A stretch of DNA of 35,124 nt from Macrostomum lignano (Eukaryota): the NCBI GenBank assembly GCA_002269645.1, contig NIVC01002010.1:1-35124 (forward strand). Reading direction: 5' to 3'. Of this stretch, positions 32,201-35,124 are shown one piece after another; position 1 is the stretch's first letter, and every line of letters starts with the position of its first letter. The notes beneath the pieces are model-generated. The model was not told where the DNA came from and did not search any database. It was given only the letters and a program-made list of their open reading frames with translations. The translations under genes were made by a program, and so were the position numbers.

Positions 32201-35095
32201 CATCAGCACAGCCACGGGGGCGGCGGCGGTCGCCTGGCTGGACTGGAAGCTGCGGCGGCGGCCGCAGCCGCTGGACCCAGTGGTCGACACATTGGCGTCG
32301 CTGACAGCTTCTCGCTGCAGAAGATTGAGGGTGCGCTGCTGTTTGCTTTTTGTTTGCTTTTGTGGAAATCTGAATTTGAGGTTTTGGCCACCAACACTTG
32401 CCGATTCTCGAACTGGGCTGCCGCCTTCTCAGATCCTCTGGTGTGGAACTGCCATCCTCCCAGGCTCTGTGAGTGCCTGACCGCCACCCTCCCAGGCTCT
32501 GTGAGTGCCTGACCGCCACCCTCCCAGGCTCTGTGAGTGCCTGACCGCCACCCTCCCAGGCTCTGTGAGTGCCCGACCGCCACCCTCCCACACCCTCTGA
32601 GTGCCCGACCGCCACCCCAGGCTCTGTGAGTGCCTGATCGCCACCCTCCCAGGCCCTCTCAGCATCTGGCCACCACCCTCTCAGGCCCTCTCAGCATCTG
32701 GCCGCTTCCTACTCCCAAACCGCATCCTGAAGCCGCATTTCTGCAGCGGCAATCCCAGCACTGCCACGCCGGCCCTGCTTTCGCCCCGCAGACAACAGCA
32801 GCTCCATCCGCAAGCAGCTCACCGAGGGCAGCCCGTCGCCGTCCCAGCTGACGGCGTCGACGGCAGCTTCGACAGCCCCAGCGGCCAAGGCCACCCTGCT
32901 GATGACTGCGTCCGGTGCCGCTGCTTCCGCCGCCGCCGAGAAGCTTCTGGCCGCGTCTGCTGCCTCTGCGGCGGCACCGTCGGCCAGCCTGAGCTACTCG
33001 GACTCGGAGTCCATCTCGGCCGCTTCAACCGCCGAGTTCGGCTTCCAACAGCAGCAGCAGCAGCAGCCGCAGCAGGTCACCCGCAGCCTTGGCAATACGC
33101 GCGAGACGTCGCTCGAACCCGCCGGCACTCCGTCAGCGGCGGCGCCGGGGGCATTCAGGGAGCTTCATCGCTGAGCTCGGAGACGCGGCCGCTTATTGGG
33201 GAGAGCGGCGGGGGCGGTGGTGGCTTCAACTGTGGCCCTTCGTTGTCGCCGCAGTCGCCGGAGACGGCCTCCGATTCGTCGTCGCCTTCGCCGAGGCCGC
33301 CGATTGGCGGCGTTAGTCAGACGCCGGCGCCAGCATCGGCAAACGCGGCGCTATTGCCGACGCATTTCGAGTCGCCGGAGGCTCCCGAAAGCTCCGTCGG
33401 CAGCGGCTGTCCGCAGCCGTCGCCGCAGATGATGGACGATGAGGATGACAATTTTGCATCGGCCGAGGATGACGACAATGTGAGCTGAACAACTTTCTGG
33501 GGTCGCCATCCTGCTCTGCCCATCATTCCAAGGTCCTCAAGATCTGCCCCATCCTCCCAGGGTCCTCACGATCTGCTCCATCCTCACAGGGTCTTTAAGA
33601 TCTGCTCCATCCTCCCAGGGTCCTCAAGATCTGCTCCATCCTCCCAGGGTCTTCAAGATCTGCTCCCATCCTCCCAGAGTCCTCAAGATCTGCATTATCC
33701 TCCAGGGTCCTCACGATCTGCTCCATCCTCCAGAGTCCTCAAGATCTGCATTATCCTCCCAGGGTCCTCACGATCTGCTTCATCCTCCCAGGGTCCTCAA
33801 AATCTGCTCCATCCTCCCAGGGTCCTCAAAATCTGCTCCATCCTCCCAGGGTCCTCAAATCTGCTCCATTATTCCAGGGTCCTCAAGATCTGCTCCATCA
33901 TCCCAGGGTCTTCAAGATCTGCTCCCATCCTCCAGGGTCCTCACGATCTGCTCCATCCTCCCAGGGTCCTCAAGATCTGCATTATCCTCCCAGGGTCCTC
34001 ACGATCTGCTTTATCCTCCCAGGGTCCTCAAAATCTGCTCCATCCTCCAGGGTCCTCAAAATCTGCTCCATCCTCCCAGGGTCCTCAAAATCTGCTCCAT
34101 TATTCCAGGGTCCTCAAGATCTGCATTATCCTCCCAGGGTCCTCAAGATCTGCTCCATCCTCCCAGGGTCTTCAAGATCTGCTCCCATCCTCCCAGGGTC
34201 CTCACGATCTGCTCCATCCTCCCAGGGTCCTCAAGATCTGCATTATCCTCCCAGGGTCCTCACGATCTGCTTTATCCTCCCAGGGTCCTCAAAATCTGCT
34301 CCATCCTCCCAGGGTCCTCAAGATCTGCTCCATCCTCACAGGGTCTTTAAGATCTGCTCCATCCTCCCAGGGTCCTCAAGATCTGCTCCATCATCCCAGG
34401 GTCCTCAAGATCTGTCCCATCCTTCCAGGGTCCTCAAGATCTGCCCCATCCTCTTGTTTGGACCCTGTCTGGATATCTTAGGAACAAATGCTCCCCACAA
34501 TGCTGCAACAGATCAAAGCAATTTTCAATTTCAACGCCTAAATTGTTCCGCAGATCGCCGAAGAGTTCGAGTACAAGCCGGCGCCGGCAGACTCGGACAC
34601 GCGTGTCCAACCAGTCCGCCAACGATGAGTACGTCATGCTGGCGAAGGAGCGCCTGGGCCGCCTGCAGCAGCATCAGCAGCAGATGTCCTCTCCGTCCGA
34701 GCACTCCAGTCAGCTCTTGCTGAAGACATCGGCGGCGAATGCAGCGTCGGCAGCGGCGGCCGAGTAGTCGACGTCGGAGTTGGCGGTCCCGAAGAGCCGC
34801 GATTTCGGGCCCGGCAGTCGGCGATGTCGCAGAAGCCGCCGCGGCAGCAGCCGCCGTTGCTGTTGAGGAGGACTTGATCAGCAGCATGGACACCAAGACT
34901 GCGGCCGTGCTGCGGCTTAGCCGGGAGAAGCTCAACAGCAGCAGCGACGCCGCCGCTCCTCTGGCTCTGGACGAAGAAAACGCCCGGTTCCGCTCCGGCC
35001 GGGGCTGCGACTGCTGCTGCCTCAGCTGCTTCCATGTCGGGAAATGCGACAGGTGCGGCTGCTGCGGGTTCAGCTTCTACTGGCGGAGCTTCTGG
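23154..35095 (+). CDS. RALGAPA: Ral GTPase-activating protein alpha subunit, 5' part only (14 coding exons; GAP domain lies beyond the window); frame disrupted in exons 13-14
   Basis: N-terminus MFSRR...TQKVLEHKKDSATRLKHL, KILIFLPELIRRRWQFHCIGRLLSKLLH, VNLVHELFRQAFLFP and TLFTTWL...WDRLVEVLSKLTRW match RALGAPA1/2 as recalled. Exons 1-12 splice in phase with GT-AG. Confidence 0.93.
24150..24260 (+). CDS. RALGAPA: RALGAPA coding exon 2 (DNTNEIEAQQFFKANYSLIFFLFYDFFIQVEAELKQR)
   Basis: Acceptor ttttgtag|; donor |GTAATT; not in the ORF track but in phase and homologous. Confidence 0.9.
24345..24394 (+). CDS. RALGAPA: RALGAPA coding exon 3 (VNKAHKEELESAICIFE)
   Basis: Acceptor cttactag|; donor GAG|GTAATT; 50 nt. 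Confidence 0.9.
24448..25285. repeat. 24/16-bp minisatellite in RALGAPA intron 3
   Basis: CAGCAGCCTGACCCACCCAGTCAC units. Confidence 0.95.
25327..25665 (+). CDS. RALGAPA: RALGAPA coding exon 4
   Basis: Acceptor cacccgcag|AAA; donor CAG|GTAAGA; 339 nt. Confidence 0.92.
25850..26292 (+). CDS. RALGAPA: RALGAPA coding exon 5
   Basis: Acceptor ccccaaccag|TGC; donor GG|GTATGT, phase 2. Confidence 0.88.
26410..26868. repeat. 24/21-bp minisatellite in RALGAPA intron 5
   Basis: CAGGAGTGAATCTCAGGGAGGGAT units. Confidence 0.92.
26944..27643 (+). CDS. RALGAPA: RALGAPA coding exon 6
   Basis: Of the nearby acceptors I checked, only cgcccgcag| is in phase; donor CTG|GTGAGG; contains HELFRQAFLFP. Confidence 0.85.
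27730..28910. repeat. 40-bp minisatellite (two 20-bp subunits) in RALGAPA intron 6
   Basis: GTCCAGAGTGATTCATTGATCTGCAGAGTGACTCAATAGT, about 28 units. Confidence 0.97.
28934..29101 (+). CDS. RALGAPA: RALGAPA coding exon 7 (...RSDSYLTAV...VEAGYHCIVQ)
   Basis: Acceptor cccaccag|; donor CAG|GTGCGC; 168 nt open; absent from the ORF track. Confidence 0.8.
29250..29446. repeat. 28-bp minisatellite plus unique tail in RALGAPA intron 7; inverted copy of the 16644-17773 family
   Basis: CTCCCAGATCCTCAGTTGCTGGGCCAGC units; 29389-29446 is the exact reverse complement of 16820-16877. Confidence 0.95.
29492..29694 (+). CDS. RALGAPA: RALGAPA coding exon 8
   Basis: Acceptor cgtcccag|GTG; VFFSNSASVFF; donor TG|GTAGGC, phase 2. 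Confidence 0.88.
29755..30440. repeat. 40-bp minisatellite in RALGAPA intron 8
   Basis: TTGGCTAGATTAGCAATCCACTCTATTCCTTCATCCATGA units. Confidence 0.97.
30536..30638 (+). CDS. RALGAPA: RALGAPA coding exon 9
   Basis: Acceptor cacccag|G completes Trp; donor CAG|GTTTGC. Confidence 0.85.
30915..31640. repeat. (GAGT)n microsatellite in RALGAPA intron 9, with a thrice-repeated insert
   Basis: GCGATGGCT..GAGTTAAA.GGG insert near 31307, 31468 and 31599. Confidence 0.95.
31742..31864 (+). CDS. RALGAPA: RALGAPA coding exon 10 (TLFTTWLYAL...IIEWN)
   Basis: Acceptor cccacgcag|; donor AAT|GTGAGC; 123 nt. Confidence 0.9.
31940..32051 (+). CDS. RALGAPA: RALGAPA coding exon 11 (...VYKLDLQNLPMDRL...)
   Basis: Acceptor attgcag|; donor G|GTCTGC, phase 1; matches the LYSLDLSDLPLDKL-type motif. 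Confidence 0.88.
32148..32330 (+). CDS. RALGAPA: RALGAPA coding exon 12
   Basis: Acceptor tttctacag|; donor G|GTGCGC; in phase. Confidence 0.75.
32450..32700. repeat. 32-bp minisatellite in RALGAPA intron 12
   Basis: CTCCCAGGCTCTGTGAGTGCCTGACCGCCACC units. Confidence 0.9.
32747..33479 (+). CDS. RALGAPA: RALGAPA coding exon 13; apparent 1-nt deletion frameshift near 33118-33135
   Basis: Acceptor tttctgcag|; donor AAT|GTGAGC; the coding-like frame changes mid-exon and the first frame stops at 33172-33174. Confidence 0.65.
33525..34450. repeat. 29-bp minisatellite in RALGAPA intron 13
   Basis: AGGGTCCTCAAGATCTGCTCCATCCTCCC units. Confidence 0.95.
34554..35095 (+). CDS. RALGAPA: RALGAPA coding exon 14; about three +1 frameshifts and one TAG
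   Basis: Acceptor gttccgcag|ATC; donor |GTAAGT at 35096; the coding-like frame steps through all three frames. Confidence 0.55.
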
Positions 35096-35124
35096 GTAAG
35101 TTTCTGCTCGTGAGACTGCTTCAT

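Noticed and set aside
24531-32665. ORFs such as VGQAAGDW, NLREGSG, THSL and GWRSGTH repeats
   Set aside because: Intronic tandem-repeat translations
33075-33085. 11-nt GT...AG micro-intron that would repair the exon 13 frame
   Set aside because: Too short for spliceosomal removal; codon pattern places the shift ~40 nt further on
1-34450. CRISPR-like appearance of 20-40 bp repeats
   Set aside because: Head-to-tail units with no unique spacers, eukaryotic context, no cas genes

Overview
Eukaryotic (metazoan) genomic DNA, not prokaryotic. GC-rich exons with Ala/Gly/Gln runs and minisatellite-filled introns resemble the flatworm Macrostomum; this species guess is inference only. Two spliced genes face away from each other. 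On the minus strand is a complete 7-coding-exon TMEM132-family gene (19078 to 11802; 3942-nt CDS, 1313 aa, all GT-AG junctions in phase). On the plus strand are the first 14 coding exons of a Ral GTPase-activating protein alpha subunit gene (RALGAPA; starts 23154, runs off the window), with frameshifts and a stop in exons 13-14. Between them, an AT-rich spacer holds a full-length 1293-bp DD34D mariner (28-bp perfect TIRs, TA TSD, one in-frame TGA). The mariner is nested in a ~750-bp non-autonomous TIR element with an 8-bp TSD. Roughly 39% of the window (hand sum, ~13.8 kb) is tandem repeat, and most long ORFs in the supplied track are repeat artefacts. I found no CRISPR array, rRNA or intact tRNA, and no clearly new enzymatic system. 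The most interesting signals are the nested elements, a minisatellite cassette shared between the two genes, and the near-systematic filling of introns by related, sense-oriented minisatellites.
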